A DNA stretch of 64,000 nt from Burkholderiales bacterium 67-32 (GCA_001898625.1 MKUP01000027.1:180188-244187); one strand, 5' to 3'. Numbered from the stretch's first letter, positions 1 to 9,789 are shown. The notes: generated from the sequence alone by a model not told the origin. A program made the numbers and translations.

Positions 1-58
1 GTACGCAGGATCCGAACATCCGCACACCGCTCAGCAGCCCAAGCTGCTGGACATCTGA
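1..58 (+). CDS. rplM: 50S ribosomal protein L13, 3' end (partial, enters from upstream of the window)
   Basis: Frame starting at nt 2 reads [18 protein letters not shown] then TGA (56-58). This resembles the conserved L13 C-terminus (E. coli ends ...AAQQPQVLDI). It lies directly upstream of rpsI, as in the rplM-rpsI operon. Confidence 0.8.
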   Translation, partial: YAGSEHPHTAQQPKLLDI

Positions 59-68
59 GGAGCCGCGC

Positions 69-461
69 ATGATCGGTAACTGGAATTATGGAACCGGCCG
101 CCGCAAGACCTCGGTGGCGCGCGTGTTCCTGAAGAAAGGCTCGGGCAAGATCACCGTCAACGGCAAGCCCGTCGACGAGTACTTCGCTCGCGAGACTGGC
201 CGCATGATCGTTCGCCAGCCGCTGGAACTGACCGGCCACCTGGAGAGCTTCGACTTCCACGTCAACGTCGACGGTGGTGGCGTGACCGGGCAGGCCGGCG
301 CGGTGCGCCACGGCATCACCCGCGCGCTGATCGACTACGACGCGACCCTCAAGCCCGCGCTGTCGCAAGCCGGCTTCGTCACCCGCGATGCCCGCGAGGT
401 CGAGCGCAAGAAGGTCGGTCTGCACAAGGCGCGACGTCGCAAGCAGTTCAGCAAGCGCTGA
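69..461 (+). CDS. rpsI: 30S ribosomal protein S9
   Basis: 130-aa ORF with [12 protein letters not shown] near the N-terminus and the hallmark C-terminus [11 protein letters not shown]. Confidence 0.97.
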   Translation: MIGNWNYGTGRRKTSVARVFLKKGSGKITVNGKPVDEYFARETGRMIVRQPLELTGHLESFDFHVNVDGGGVTGQAGAVRHGITRALIDYDATLKPALSQAGFVTRDAREVERKKVGLHKARRRKQFSKR

Positions 462-510
462 TCGGCTTCGATCCCCCTCGTCCCGTTCCGGCTCCGGCCG
501 GCGGGCGGGA

Positions 511-542
511 AAAAAAGGCCGCAGCGATGCGGCCTTTTTTTT
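511..542. terminator. Rho-independent terminator after rpsI (bidirectional design: A-run, hairpin, T-run)
   Basis: aaaaaa (511-516), then stem ggccgca (517-523), loop gcga, stem tgcggcc (528-534), then tttttttt (535-542). Confidence 0.85.
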
Positions 543-677
543 GCCTTGAGCGGCGTGTCGGCCGGTGGGTCGTCACATCGATGCTGCCGAGCGTGGGGTA
601 TTCTTACTCATCATCTGTCGTAGGGCACCGTCCCGCTTTCCCGGGCCGGGAGGCGCAAGGGACTCCAGGAGATTGCA

Positions 678-1736
678 ATGGCCAAGATCAAGGTAGGTAT
701 CGTCGGCGGCACGGGCTACACCGGCGTGGAGCTGCTGCGCCTGTTGTCGCAGCACCCGAACGCCGAGCTGACGGCGATCACCTCGCGCAAGGAAGACGGC
801 ATGCCGGTCGCCGATATGTACTCCAATCTGCGCGGCAAGGTGGACCTGGCGTTCTCCTCGCCCGACAAGGCGCGGCTGAACGAGTGCGACGTGGTGTTCT
901 TCGCGACGCCTCATGGCGTGGCCATGGCGCAGGCGCAGGAACTGCTGGCCGCCGGCGTCAAGATCATCGACCTGGCCGCCGATTTCCGTCTGCAGGATCA
1001 GGCCTCGTTCGAGAAGTGGTACAAGATGCCGCACGCCTGCCCCGACGTGCTGCGGGAATCGGTTTACGGCCTGGTCGAATTGAACCGCGAGAAGATCCGC
1101 GGCGCGCGGGTCGTGGGCAACCCCGGCTGCTATCCGACCACCGTGCTGCTGGGCCTGGCGCCGCTGCTGGAAGGCCGGGCCGGGACCTCGCCGCTGGTGG
1201 ATGCCTCCACGCTCATCGCCGACTGCAAGTCGGGCGTGACCGGCGCCGGACGCAAGGCCGAACTGCACATTCTGTTCTCGGAAGCCAGCGACAACTTCAA
1301 GGCCTACGGCGTGTCGGGCCATCGCCACCATCCCGAGATCGTCGAGCACCTGCAGGCGCTGCACGGCGGACCGGTGGCGCTGACTTTCGTGCCGCACCTG
1401 ACTCCCATGGTGCGCGGCATGCACTCGACCATCTACGCCCGCATCGACCCCAAGGCGCGCGACGTCGATTTCCAGAAGCTGTTCGAGCAGCGCTACGCCA
1501 ATGAGCCGTTCGTGGATGTGATGCCCGCTGGCAGCACGCCCGAGACCCGCTCGGTGCGCGCCTCCAACATGATCCGGATCGCCGTCCACCGGCCCGGCAA
1601 CGGCGACCAACTGGTCGTGCTAGTGGTGCAGGACAACCTGGTGAAGGGTGCATCCGGCCAGGCCGTGCAGAACATGAACCTGATGTTCGGGTTGCCCGAG
1701 GATGCCGGGCTCGGCCAGGTGGCGGTGCTGCCCTGA
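678..1736 (+). CDS. argC: N-acetyl-gamma-glutamyl-phosphate reductase
   Basis: 352-aa ORF with the Rossmann motif [17 protein letters not shown] and the catalytic-Cys region GNPGCYPT. Confidence 0.95.
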   Translation: MAKIKVGIVGGTGYTGVELLRLLSQHPNAELTAITSRKEDGMPVADMYSNLRGKVDLAFSSPDKARLNECDVVFFATPHGVAMAQAQELLAAGVKIIDLAADFRLQDQASFEKWYKMPHACPDVLRESVYGLVELNREKIRGARVVGNPGCYPTTVLLGLAPLLEGRAGTSPLVDASTLIADCKSGVTGAGRKAELHILFSEASDNFKAYGVSGHRHHPEIVEHLQALHGGPVALTFVPHLTPMVRGMHSTIYARIDPKARDVDFQKLFEQRYANEPFVDVMPAGSTPETRSVRASNMIRIAVHRPGNGDQLVVLVVQDNLVKGASGQAVQNMNLMFGLPEDAGLGQVAVLP

Positions 1737-2536
1737 TGAAGCGCAGGCCGCTGTTTCCGGCGCTGGTGCCGCGCAGGCTGCGGCGTGGCGCGGCGGCGGG
1801 CGCGCGGACCGATGCGGCGGGCCTGCCGGTCGCCTCGCCGTGGCGGGTCGTGGTCCTGGTGCTGCTGCTGGCGCTGGGTGCGGCCCTGGGAACGGGGTTG
1901 TACGAGTCGGCCCGGCGGATGTTCGGCGGGCCGCAGATCTCGGCGGCCGAGCTGGCGCAGTTGCGCGCCGAGCACCAGCGCCTGATCGCCGATAACGAGC
2001 GCTTGCAGGGCAGCCTAGCGGCCGTGGAAAGCCGTCTCGAGATCGAACGCGCGGCCAAGGACCAATTCGCGGCCGATTTGCGGGCAGCGCAAAAGGAAAT
2101 GGGCGACATGCGCAATGACCTGGCTTTTTTCGACCAGCTCATTCCCATGGATCCGCGCCAGGCCCAGGTCAACATCCGTTCGGCGGAACTGGAGCGGCAG
2201 GGCGAGCTGCTGCGATACCGGGTCCTGCTGATGCGCGGTGGACGGCCTTCGGGCGAATTCAACGGCCGCCTGCAATTCTCGGCCTCCGGCGTGCGCGCGG
2301 GCACCGCCACCACGATAGACTTGCATCCGTTCTCGGTGCCGATCGAGGCGCTCGCGGGGGATGCCGCTCCCGTGGTCCAGCCGACCGCCGATCCGCTGGC
2401 CGTGCGGTTTCGGCAGTATCAGCGCGCCGAGGGGTCGCTTGCGGTTCCGGCCGGTTTCGTGGTGCGCAGCGTGACGGTGCGCGTGGTCGAGGGGGGCGTG
2501 GTGCGTTCGCAAAGCACCGTCAATCTGCCGGCCTGA
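1736..2536 (+). CDS. Hypothetical membrane-anchored coiled-coil protein
   Basis: 266-aa ORF. Its ATG overlaps the argC stop (TGATG, 1734-1738). It has an Arg-rich N-terminus, one hydrophobic helix (WRVVVLVLLLALGAALGTGL) and a heptad-like stretch (AELAQLRAEHQRLIADNERLQGSLAAVESRLEIERAAKDQ). G/C-rich third positions support it as coding. I recognise no catalytic motif. Confidence 0.7.
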   Translation: MKRRPLFPALVPRRLRRGAAAGARTDAAGLPVASPWRVVVLVLLLALGAALGTGLYESARRMFGGPQISAAELAQLRAEHQRLIADNERLQGSLAAVESRLEIERAAKDQFAADLRAAQKEMGDMRNDLAFFDQLIPMDPRQAQVNIRSAELERQGELLRYRVLLMRGGRPSGEFNGRLQFSASGVRAGTATTIDLHPFSVPIEALAGDAAPVVQPTADPLAVRFRQYQRAEGSLAVPAGFVVRSVTVRVVEGGVVRSQSTVNLPA

Positions 2537-2737
2537 GGCCGTGGGCTTGAACCTTGGCGGTGCGCCCGCATCTAAGCGGTATGGCCGCCCACGGGGCGGG
2601 CAGGCGCCGCCTTATAGTGTCCCTGGCGGCGCCGGGGTTGAAATCAGGCGCCAATAGCGGTTGAATTACCCATTAACCAGACGATTTACAGCGCATGCGC
2701 GGCACGGGCCGCGCGTACGCGTAGGCAAGGAGCAGTC

Positions 2738-3106
2738 ATGAACGCAGCAGTCGAACAAGCCAGCCTCGAAGCCCCGCCGATGGGCCTCGTCTTCACCGAT
2801 GCAGCGGCCGCCAAGGTCAAGGAGCTGATCGACGAAGAAGGCAACTCGGCGCTCAAGCTGCGTGTGTTCGTGCAAGGAGGCGGCTGTTCCGGCTTCCAGT
2901 ACGGCTTCACCTTCGATGAAGACGTCAACGAGGACGACACGCAACTGGACAAGAACGGCGTGCAACTGCTGATCGACTCCATGAGCTTCCAGTACCTGGC
3001 CGGCGCCGAGATCGACTACAAGGAAGGCCTGGAAGGCGCGCAGTTCGTCATCAAGAACCCGAACGCCACGTCCACCTGCGGCTGCGGGTCGTCGTTCTCG
3101 GTCTAG
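2738..3106 (+). CDS. erpA: Iron-sulfur cluster insertion protein ErpA (HesB/IscA family)
   Basis: 122 aa. Contains GGGCSGFQY and the C-terminal CGCGSSF cysteine ligand motifs. Confidence 0.93.
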   Translation: MNAAVEQASLEAPPMGLVFTDAAAAKVKELIDEEGNSALKLRVFVQGGGCSGFQYGFTFDEDVNEDDTQLDKNGVQLLIDSMSFQYLAGAEIDYKEGLEGAQFVIKNPNATSTCGCGSSFSV

Positions 3107-3164
3107 GCCCAGGCGCCGGGCGGGCCCCTGCAGGGGCCGTGCCCGCTCCGTCCTTTCCTCCAGG

Positions 3165-3194
3165 GCGCCCTCGCGCAAGCCAGGGCGCTTTTTT
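3165..3194 (+). terminator. Rho-independent terminator after erpA
   Basis: Stem gcgccct (3165-3171) pairs with agggcgc (3182-3188) across a 10-nt loop, followed by tttttt (3189-3194). Confidence 0.75.
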
Positions 3195-3230
3195 CGTTTT
3201 CGCTCCTGACCGGTCCACCCGGCGCGCTTC

Positions 3231-5171
3231 ATGGCTCTCATCGCTCTGACCGACATCGAACTGGCCTACGGCCATGTCCCCCTCCTGCACCACGCCAGCT
3301 TTTCGGTGGAGGCCGGCGAGCGGGTGGGGCTGATCGGCCGCAACGGCACCGGCAAGTCGTCGCTGCTCAAGCTGCTGGATGGCCGCTCCCTGCCCGATGA
3401 CGGCCTCATCTCGCGGCAGGACGGGCTGAAGGCCGCCACGGTGGAGCAGGAACCGGTGTTCGACGAGTCGGGCACGGTGTTCGATGCCGTCAGCGAGGGC
3501 CTGGCCAAGGGGCGCGACCTGCTGCGCGCCTACCAGCGCCTGACCCACGACCTGGCGGAAACGAGTGGTGGGGCGGACCACGACGCGCTGCTGGCCCGGC
3601 TGCAATCGCTGCAGGCGGACCTGGAGGCGCACGACGGCTGGACGGTGCAGGCGCGTGTCGAGGCCATGCTGGCCCGGCTGAACCTGCCCGCCGACGCGCC
3701 GGTGGCGGGCTTGTCGGGCGGCACGCGCAAGCGTGTGGCGCTGGCCCGGGCGTTGCTGGGCGACCCCGACCTGCTGCTGCTGGACGAGCCGACCAACCAC
3801 CTGGATTTCCAGGCCATCGCCTGGCTCGAGGAACTGCTCAAGGGCTTCGCGGGCAGCATCGTGTTCATCACCCACGACCGCCGCTTCCTGGATGCCGTCG
3901 CCACCCGCATCGTCGAGCTCGATCGCGGCGAGCTCGCCAGTTTTCCGGGATCCTTCTCCACCTACCAGATGCGCAAGGCCGAGATGCTGGAGGCCGAGCG
4001 GCTGGAGCAGGCGCGTTTCGACAAGCTCCTGGCCCAGGAAGAGGTGTGGATACGCAAGGGCGTCGAGGCGCGCCGCACGCGCAGCGTCGGGCGGGTCAAG
4101 CGGCTGGAGCAACTGCGCGTGCAGCGGGCCGAGCGGCGCGAGCGCATGGGCAAGGTCACGATAGATGTGGCCGAGGGACAGCGGTCCGGCAAGCTGGTGG
4201 CCGAGCTGACCGAGGTGTCGAAATCGTTCGGCGACAAGGCCGTCATCCGCTCGTACTCGACCACGGTCATGCGCGGCGACCGCATCGGCTTGATCGGGCC
4301 CAACGGCGCGGGCAAGACCACGCTGCTCAAGCTCATCCTGGGCGAACTGGCGCCGGACACGGGCTCGGTCAGGCAGGGCACCAACCTGTCGGTGGCCTAT
4401 TTCGACCAGATGCGCAGCCAGCTGGACGAGGACATGGCCTTGGCCGACGTCATCAGTCCGGGCAGCGAGTGGATAGAAATCAACGGCCAGCGCAAGCACG
4501 TGATGAGCTACCTGGGCGATTTCCTGTTCGCGCCCGAGCGGGCACGTTCGCCGGTCAAGAGCCTGTCGGGCGGCGAGCGCGCCAGGCTGCTGCTGGCGCG
4601 GCTGTTCGCGCGGCCGGCCAACGTGCTGGTGTTGGACGAGCCCACCAACGACCTCGATATCGAGACGCTGGAGCTGCTGGAGGAACTGCTGCAGGATTAC
4701 TCGGGCACGGTCTTCCTGGTCAGCCACGACCGCATGTTCCTGGATAACGTCGTGACGCAGACCATCGCCTACGAAGGCGACGCGCGCTGGCGCGACTACG
4801 TGGGCGGCTACGACGACTGGGCGACGCAGCGCGCCAGGGGGGAGGAGGCCCGGTCGGCCGCGGCCAGGCCGGTGCGCGAGACCGCGCGCGACGACGAACC
4901 CCCGGCTCCCGCGCCGGAGAAGACCGCGCCGGCCAAGCCCGGCCGTTCGCGCTTGAGTTCCTGGGAAGCGAAGGAGCTGGAAGGCCTGCCCGATGCCATC
5001 GCGGCGCTGGAGGCCGAGCAGCAGGAACTGAACGGGAAGCTGGCCGACGGAGCCATCTATCGGGACGATCCCGCTGGCGCGGCCGCCATCCAGCAGCGCC
5101 TGGCGGCGATCGAGGACGAGCTCATGGCCAGGCTCGAACGCTGGGAACTGCTGGAAAGCAAACGGGGCTGA
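3231..5171 (+). CDS. uup: ABC-F family ATPase (Uup-like), no membrane domain
   Basis: 646 aa. Two nucleotide-binding domains (Walker A GRNGTGKSS and GPNGAGKTT; signatures LSGGTRKRV and LSGGERARL). No TM segments. Charged coiled-coil C-terminus. Confidence 0.9.
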   Translation: MALIALTDIELAYGHVPLLHHASFSVEAGERVGLIGRNGTGKSSLLKLLDGRSLPDDGLISRQDGLKAATVEQEPVFDESGTVFDAVSEGLAKGRDLLRAYQRLTHDLAETSGGADHDALLARLQSLQADLEAHDGWTVQARVEAMLARLNLPADAPVAGLSGGTRKRVALARALLGDPDLLLLDEPTNHLDFQAIAWLEELLKGFAGSIVFITHDRRFLDAVATRIVELDRGELASFPGSFSTYQMRKAEMLEAERLEQARFDKLLAQEEVWIRKGVEARRTRSVGRVKRLEQLRVQRAERRERMGKVTIDVAEGQRSGKLVAELTEVSKSFGDKAVIRSYSTTVMRGDRIGLIGPNGAGKTTLLKLILGELAPDTGSVRQGTNLSVAYFDQMRSQLDEDMALADVISPGSEWIEINGQRKHVMSYLGDFLFAPERARSPVKSLSGGERARLLLARLFARPANVLVLDEPTNDLDIETLELLEELLQDYSGTVFLVSHDRMFLDNVVTQTIAYEGDARWRDYVGGYDDWATQRARGEEARSAAARPVRETARDDEPPAPAPEKTAPAKPGRSRLSSWEAKELEGLPDAIAALEAEQQELNGKLADGAIYRDDPAGAAAIQQRLAAIEDELMARLERWELLESKRG

Positions 5172-5181
5172 CTCCGGCCCT

Positions 5182-5976
5182 TCAGCGGCCCGCGCCGGCG
5201 GGCCGCGTGACCAGCTTCATGGCCTGCCGGATCGCCGTGGGTTCGTAGGTGGGGTCGATGTTTCCCATCACCGTCAGCGCGATGCGGGACAACTGCCGGC
5301 TCATGATCTGGATCGCCCGGTCCTGGTCCCGCACCGCGTAGGCGTCGACCAGCGCGCTGTGTTCTTCTTCCGATGCCAGCCAGGAATAGGGCTGCTGCTG
5401 CCCCATGAACGACTTGCGGGCGCGCTCGGAGTTGGTGCGGCAATTTTCGTAGGCGGTCACGATGTGATCGCCCGCGTGCATGATCAGCAACTTGTGGAAC
5501 TCGATGTGCCGGTGTGCCCAGTCGCCCGCCGGCTGGCTGCCGTTCATGGCCTCGAGCGCCGCGCGGATGCGCGCGATGTCGTCCGCGTCCAGGCGCGGCA
5601 CGGTCAGCGAGATGCCCAGGCAGGCCATCAGCAGCCACATGGCGTAGACCGAATCGATTTCCTCGGGCGTGATGGGGACGACCCGGATCCGGTGCTGGAA
5701 ATTGACCTCGACCAGGCCTTCCGCCTGGAGCATGCGCAGCGCTTCCCGCACGGGCGTGCGGCTGACGCTCAGCCGCTTGGCGATGTGCACCTGGTTCAGC
5801 ATGGAGCCAGCCGGGATGCTGCCGTCCAGGATGTCGTGGCGCAAACGTTCGTAGACGTCGTGCAGGTCCCCGCGCGAAGCGCGGGGCTGGGCGGGCGGCG
5901 GGGGAAGCCCGGCAAGGGGGCCGTCCTGGTCGCTCTGGTGCAGCGCCGCGTCGCTGCCGGTCGAGTCGTGGGTCAC
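5182..5976 (-). CDS. GntR family transcriptional regulator, FCD (FadR-like) C-terminal domain
   Basis: 264 aa with a GTG start. Winged HTH HIAKRLSVSRTPVREALRMLQAEGLV followed by an all-helical effector domain. Divergent from the operon that starts at 6219. Confidence 0.88.
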   Translation of the reverse strand: MTHDSTGSDAALHQSDQDGPLAGLPPPPAQPRASRGDLHDVYERLRHDILDGSIPAGSMLNQVHIAKRLSVSRTPVREALRMLQAEGLVEVNFQHRIRVVPITPEEIDSVYAMWLLMACLGISLTVPRLDADDIARIRAALEAMNGSQPAGDWAHRHIEFHKLLIMHAGDHIVTAYENCRTNSERARKSFMGQQQPYSWLASEEEHSALVDAYAVRDQDRAIQIMSRQLSRIALTVMGNIDPTYEPTAIRQAMKLVTRPAGAGR

Positions 5977-6061
5977 TGAGTCACCCTGTGGGTCCGATGA
6001 TGCCTGGAGAGAGTCTTGGTATGCGCTTGTGCTTCAGACAGTATCACATCTACAAAAAGCC

Positions 6062-6079
6062 AAAAATGTATTCATTTTT
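6062..6079. promoter_or_regulatory. Candidate operator, AT-rich palindromic motif copy 1 (aaaaatgtattcattttt)
   Basis: AAAATG-N4-CATTTT inverted repeat in the AT-rich divergent gntR/hpcH intergenic region. The 17-mer aaaaatgtattcatttt recurs exactly at 16118-16134. Confidence 0.55.
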
Positions 6080-6156
6080 ATTGTTCTTGATTGGATAGGA
6101 CGATGAATAAAGCAGTTATTGCGGGGAATTTTTGGTGTTTACCCTATATTTTTGAG

Positions 6157-6174
6157 AAAAATGTATCCTTTTTT
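6157..6174. promoter_or_regulatory. Candidate operator, degenerate motif copy 2 (aaaaatgtatcctttttt)
   Basis: Shares aaaaatgtat with copy 1, with one mismatch in the right arm. Lies about 45 nt upstream of the 6219 start codon. Confidence 0.4.
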
Positions 6175-6218
6175 GGAGGTTGATGTAATTCTAGTGCATC
6201 CATTTCAAGGGGGTGGCG

Positions 6219-7016
6219 ATGAGCGCAGCAGGGGTCTTACGCGAGGCATGGCGAGCCGGGAAGCCGGTGTTCGGCGGCTGGGCGGTGCTGCCCACGCCGT
6301 TCTCCGTGGAGCTGATCGCGCAGCAGGGCGTGGGGTATGTCTGCGTCGACCAGCAGCATGGACTGATCGACTATGCGCAAACCCTCGACATGTATCGCGC
6401 CGCCGAGGGGCGGGGTGTGGTGCCGTTGACGCGCGTGCCGGCCAACGAGGGATGGATGATAGGCAAGGCGCTGGACGCGGGCGCCCAGGGCGTCATCGTG
6501 CCGCTGGTCAACAGCCGCGAGGAAGCCGCCGCGGCCGTCCGGGCGTGTCGCTATCCGCCTTCGGGGATACGGTCCTACGGTCCCATCCGCGCCGCGCTGG
6601 TCAGCGCCACGCGCGATACCCAGGCCCTGGGCAACGCCGTGCTGTGCTTCGTCATGGTCGAGACCCGCGAGGCACTGGACAACATCGACGAGATCGCGTC
6701 CACGCCGGGCCTGGACGGCATCTACATCGGCCCCGCCGACCTCGCCCTGGGGCTGGGACTGCCGCCTGACCTGGACAAGACCGAAGCCGAGCACGTCGCC
6801 GCGGTCGAACGGATCTTCCAGGCCTGCCGCCGGCACGGCATCGTCGCCGGGATCCAGTGCGCCACCGGGGCATCCGGCCGCTCCTACGCCGAACGCGGGT
6901 TCGGCCTGATCACCGTCATCAAGGACTCCGCCCTGCTGCAGGCCGGCGCGCGCCAGGAAATCCGCGCGGCGCTGGGCGAGGCGCAAGGGGCCGCCAAGGC
7001 CCAGGGCTATACCTGA
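6219..7016 (+). CDS. HpcH/HpaI family class II (pyruvate-type) aldolase
   Basis: About 265 aa. Family-typical segments: VDQQHG, GVIVPLVNSREEA, YPPSGIRSYGP, VMVETREAL and GIYIGPADLA. The ORF track begins at GTG 6213. ATG 6219 has better spacing to the GGGGG Shine-Dalgarno. Confidence 0.85.
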   Translation: MSAAGVLREAWRAGKPVFGGWAVLPTPFSVELIAQQGVGYVCVDQQHGLIDYAQTLDMYRAAEGRGVVPLTRVPANEGWMIGKALDAGAQGVIVPLVNSREEAAAAVRACRYPPSGIRSYGPIRAALVSATRDTQALGNAVLCFVMVETREALDNIDEIASTPGLDGIYIGPADLALGLGLPPDLDKTEAEHVAAVERIFQACRRHGIVAGIQCATGASGRSYAERGFGLITVIKDSALLQAGARQEIRAALGEAQGAAKAQGYT

Positions 7017-7052
7017 CCCCGGCATCGGTCCGGATTCTTGGAGAAAGGCAGA

Positions 7053-8483
7053 GTGACAACGACTTCCGATCGCATGCTGCGGGCCCTGGCTGCGTTCTCC
7101 CGGCACGCGGCGCTGGAATGCGGCGCGCCGGCGGACCGCGCGGTGAAGGCCGCGCTGCTGGATACGCTGGCCGTGGCGCTGGGCGCCCTGACGCACCCCG
7201 CCGCCGTGGCGGCCCGGCGCTACGCGCGCCATGCCATCGTGGCCAAGGGCGCGACGATATGGGGCACGGGCGAATGCGTCACCGCCGAGGCCGCGGCGCT
7301 GGTGAACGGCGTGCCGCTGCGGGCCTATGACTACAACGATCTGTACATCGGCAAATCGGGCGGCCATCCCAGCGACATGATCCCGGGGCTGATGGCCCTG
7401 GCGCAATGGCGCGGCATCGACGGCAAGGGGCTGATCGGCGCCATCGCGCTGGGCTACGAAGTCGCGGTGGCGCTGTTCGACGGCCTGCGCCTGCGCAACG
7501 GCGGCCTGGACTACCCCAACATCGTGGCCATCGCCTGCACCTGCGCGGCGGCCCGCATGCTGGACTTGTCGGAAGAACAGACCGCCGACGCCCTGGCGAT
7601 CACCGTGATTCCCCATGCCGCCAGCCTGGAGGTCGAGTCCAACGACCTGAACCGGCGCGGCGACCTGACCATGTGGAAGCGCTTCAACGGCAGCGACGCC
7701 GTCAGGCAGTCGGTGTATGCCTGCCTGCTCGCGGAAGCGGGCGCCGAAGGCGCGGTCCGGCCGTTCGAGGGCAAATACGGTTTCCTGGCCCGTCTCGACC
7801 TGGCCGAGGAAGACCACGAGGCGCTGCTGCGCCGCCTGGATCCCGCGCTACCCTTGTCGGCCGTCGAACGAGTGACCTACAAGCTGTGGCCGGTCGGGTC
7901 GCGCGGGCAGAGCGCCATTCAGGCCGCGCTCGAGGCGCGGCGCCGGATTCCCGATCCCGCGCGGATCGCCGGCATCCGCGTGCTGGCCGACGAGGGCGTG
8001 GTCGACCACCTGGTCAGCCAGCGGGCGGACCCGTGGCATCCGGTGTCGCGCGAGACGGCCGATCATTCGCTGCCCTGCATCGTCGCGATGGCGCTGCTCG
8101 ACGGCCGGGTGGATACGGGCACCTTCGACAGGGAACGGGCCATGCGTCCCGACGTGCGGACGCTGCTCAACGACAGGCTCGTGGTCGAGCCGTCCGCCGA
8201 GCTGGGCGGCGGCGCGGCCGCGGGATTCCTGGCGCGGGTGGAGGTCACGCTCGACACCGGCGAGGTGATCGCGGGCGAGGCGGGGCCGCCGCCCGGGCAC
8301 AGGCTCAAGCCTTTCTCCGATGCCGACTTCGAGGAAAAGCTGCGCGTCAACGTCGAGCCGGTCATGGGCGCCCAGCGCACCCGGGACATCCTGGAGGCGG
8401 TCCGCGCGCTGGACGCGGCGGCCAGCCTCCAGCCGCTGTGCGCCTTGCTGGGCGCCGGCGCGAAGGGCGTGGAGGCGCCATGA
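7053..8483 (+). CDS. MmgE/PrpD family protein (2-methylcitrate dehydratase superfamily)
   Basis: About 476 aa with the GGHPSD motif and PrpD-like length. The ORF track starts at TTG 7038. GTG 7053 follows GGAGAAAGG, so the start is uncertain by 5 codons. Confidence 0.82.
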   Translation: MTTTSDRMLRALAAFSRHAALECGAPADRAVKAALLDTLAVALGALTHPAAVAARRYARHAIVAKGATIWGTGECVTAEAAALVNGVPLRAYDYNDLYIGKSGGHPSDMIPGLMALAQWRGIDGKGLIGAIALGYEVAVALFDGLRLRNGGLDYPNIVAIACTCAAARMLDLSEEQTADALAITVIPHAASLEVESNDLNRRGDLTMWKRFNGSDAVRQSVYACLLAEAGAEGAVRPFEGKYGFLARLDLAEEDHEALLRRLDPALPLSAVERVTYKLWPVGSRGQSAIQAALEARRRIPDPARIAGIRVLADEGVVDHLVSQRADPWHPVSRETADHSLPCIVAMALLDGRVDTGTFDRERAMRPDVRTLLNDRLVVEPSAELGGGAAAGFLARVEVTLDTGEVIAGEAGPPPGHRLKPFSDADFEEKLRVNVEPVMGAQRTRDILEAVRALDAAASLQPLCALLGAGAKGVEAP

Positions 8484-9778
8484 CGCCAGGCGTCGTCATC
8501 GTCGGCGCCGGCCATGCGGGGGCGCGCTGCGCCCATGCCTTGCGCCAGGCGGGCTACGCCGGATCGGTCACGCTGCTGGGCGACGAGGGCGCCGAGCCCT
8601 ACGAGCGGCCGCCGCTATCCAAGTCGTTCCTGCTGGAGGACGGCCGCCTGGCGCCGATCGCGCCCGCGGCCAGCTATGCGGCCGCCGGCATCGTCCTGCG
8701 GCCGTCGGCCCGGGCCATTGCCATCGATCCGGCCGCGCGCCGCGTGGATCTTGCCGATGGCGCGTCCATCGACTACCGCCACCTGGTGCTGGCGACCGGC
8801 TCCGTGGCGCGGATGCCGGCTTTCACCGGCCTTGAGCCGGGCGACGTGCTGGCGCTGCGCAACGCGGCCGACGCCGCGCGCCTCAGGAAAGTATTGCGTC
8901 CCGGACAACGCGTGCTGCTGATCGGTGGCGGCTTCGTGGGGCTGGAGGTGGCCGCGTCCGCCACCCGCCTGGGGTGCCGCGTGACGGTGGTGGAGAAACA
9001 GCCGCGGCTCCTGCCGCGCGCCGTCAGTGCGTGGGCGGCCGAGCGCGTGCTCGCGCTGCATGCCGGCCAGGGCGTGGAAGTGCGTTTGGGCCGCGCGCCT
9101 GTGGATATCGTGCGCGCGGGGCCGGCCTTCCGGTACGTGCTGGACGACGGTACGCAGGGCGAGGCGGACGTGGTGCTGGCCGGCATGGGCGCGATGCCCG
9201 ACGTGGCGCTGGCCGAGCGCGCGGGCCTGGCCATGAACCCGCCGCCCGTGCACGGCGTCCTGGTGGACGCGGCGTGCCGGACATCGGCGCAAGGCATCCA
9301 TGCGATCGGCGACATCGCCGCGCCGCGCGATGCGAGCGGGGGCTGCCGGATCCGCCTGGAGTCCTGGGAGAACGCCGAGCGCCAGGCCGCGCGGGCTGCC
9401 GCCGCCATCGTCCGAGCCGAGCAGGGCGACGAGCCGTCGCCGGCGGAAGCTGCCGCTGACGAGGCGCCGTGGTTCTGGACCGACCAGTTCGACATGAACC
9501 TGCAGATCGTGGGCTGGCCGGCAGGCGCCACCCGGTACGTCGCGCGCGAGGCCGGCGCGGGCAAGGCGGTGGGTTTCCACTTCGATGCGGCCGGCGTGCT
9601 GGTCGGGGCGGAGTTGTTCAACAGTGGCCGGGACCGCCGTATCGTGCGCCAGCTCGTGGCCGCCGGCCGGGGCGTGGCCGCCGCGGAACTGGCGGACCCG
9701 GCGGTGCCGCTGGCGACGGCGCTGCGCAATGCCCAGCAGCGCGGCCCGGCCGCGGCGCCGAACGATTCCCGGTCTTAG
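8480..9778 (+). CDS. NAD(P)H:ferredoxin reductase, FAD-dependent (glutathione-reductase type)
   Basis: 432 aa. Dinucleotide motifs VVIVGAGHAG and LLIGGGFVGLE, plus the GDIA motif. Its ATG overlaps the upstream stop (ATGA, 8480-8483). I trimmed it from the 790-aa ORF 7406..9778. Confidence 0.9.
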   Translation: MTPGVVIVGAGHAGARCAHALRQAGYAGSVTLLGDEGAEPYERPPLSKSFLLEDGRLAPIAPAASYAAAGIVLRPSARAIAIDPAARRVDLADGASIDYRHLVLATGSVARMPAFTGLEPGDVLALRNAADAARLRKVLRPGQRVLLIGGGFVGLEVAASATRLGCRVTVVEKQPRLLPRAVSAWAAERVLALHAGQGVEVRLGRAPVDIVRAGPAFRYVLDDGTQGEADVVLAGMGAMPDVALAERAGLAMNPPPVHGVLVDAACRTSAQGIHAIGDIAAPRDASGGCRIRLESWENAERQAARAAAAIVRAEQGDEPSPAEAAADEAPWFWTDQFDMNLQIVGWPAGATRYVAREAGAGKAVGFHFDAAGVLVGAELFNSGRDRRIVRQLVAAGRGVAAAELADPAVPLATALRNAQQRGPAAAPNDSRS

Positions 9779-9789
9779 ACGGAGCCTTC

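Noticed and set aside
3051-4727. 558-aa minus-strand ORF antisense to uup. Similar long antisense or off-frame ORFs occur at 6237..7817, 33291..35321, 46360..47928, 62312..63991, 573..1610 and 1297..2313.
   Set aside because: Each is fully overlapped by an opposite- or same-strand gene with strong family motifs. All have Arg/Ala/Gly/Pro-rich low-complexity translations and no Shine-Dalgarno-linked starts. I treat them as non-coding.
7406-8479. N-terminal 358 codons of the 790-aa ORF 7406..9778. Analogous upstream extensions occur in ORFs 9469.., 9836.., 10168.., 24352..26721, 27397..29247, 27849..30299, 36382.., 40866.., 54665.. and 59330..60970.
   Set aside because: The extensions run out of frame through the preceding, well-supported gene and are low-complexity. 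In every case an internal ATG/GTG with a Shine-Dalgarno sequence, or an ATGA/TGATG overlap, marks where family similarity begins. I trimmed the CDSs to those starts.
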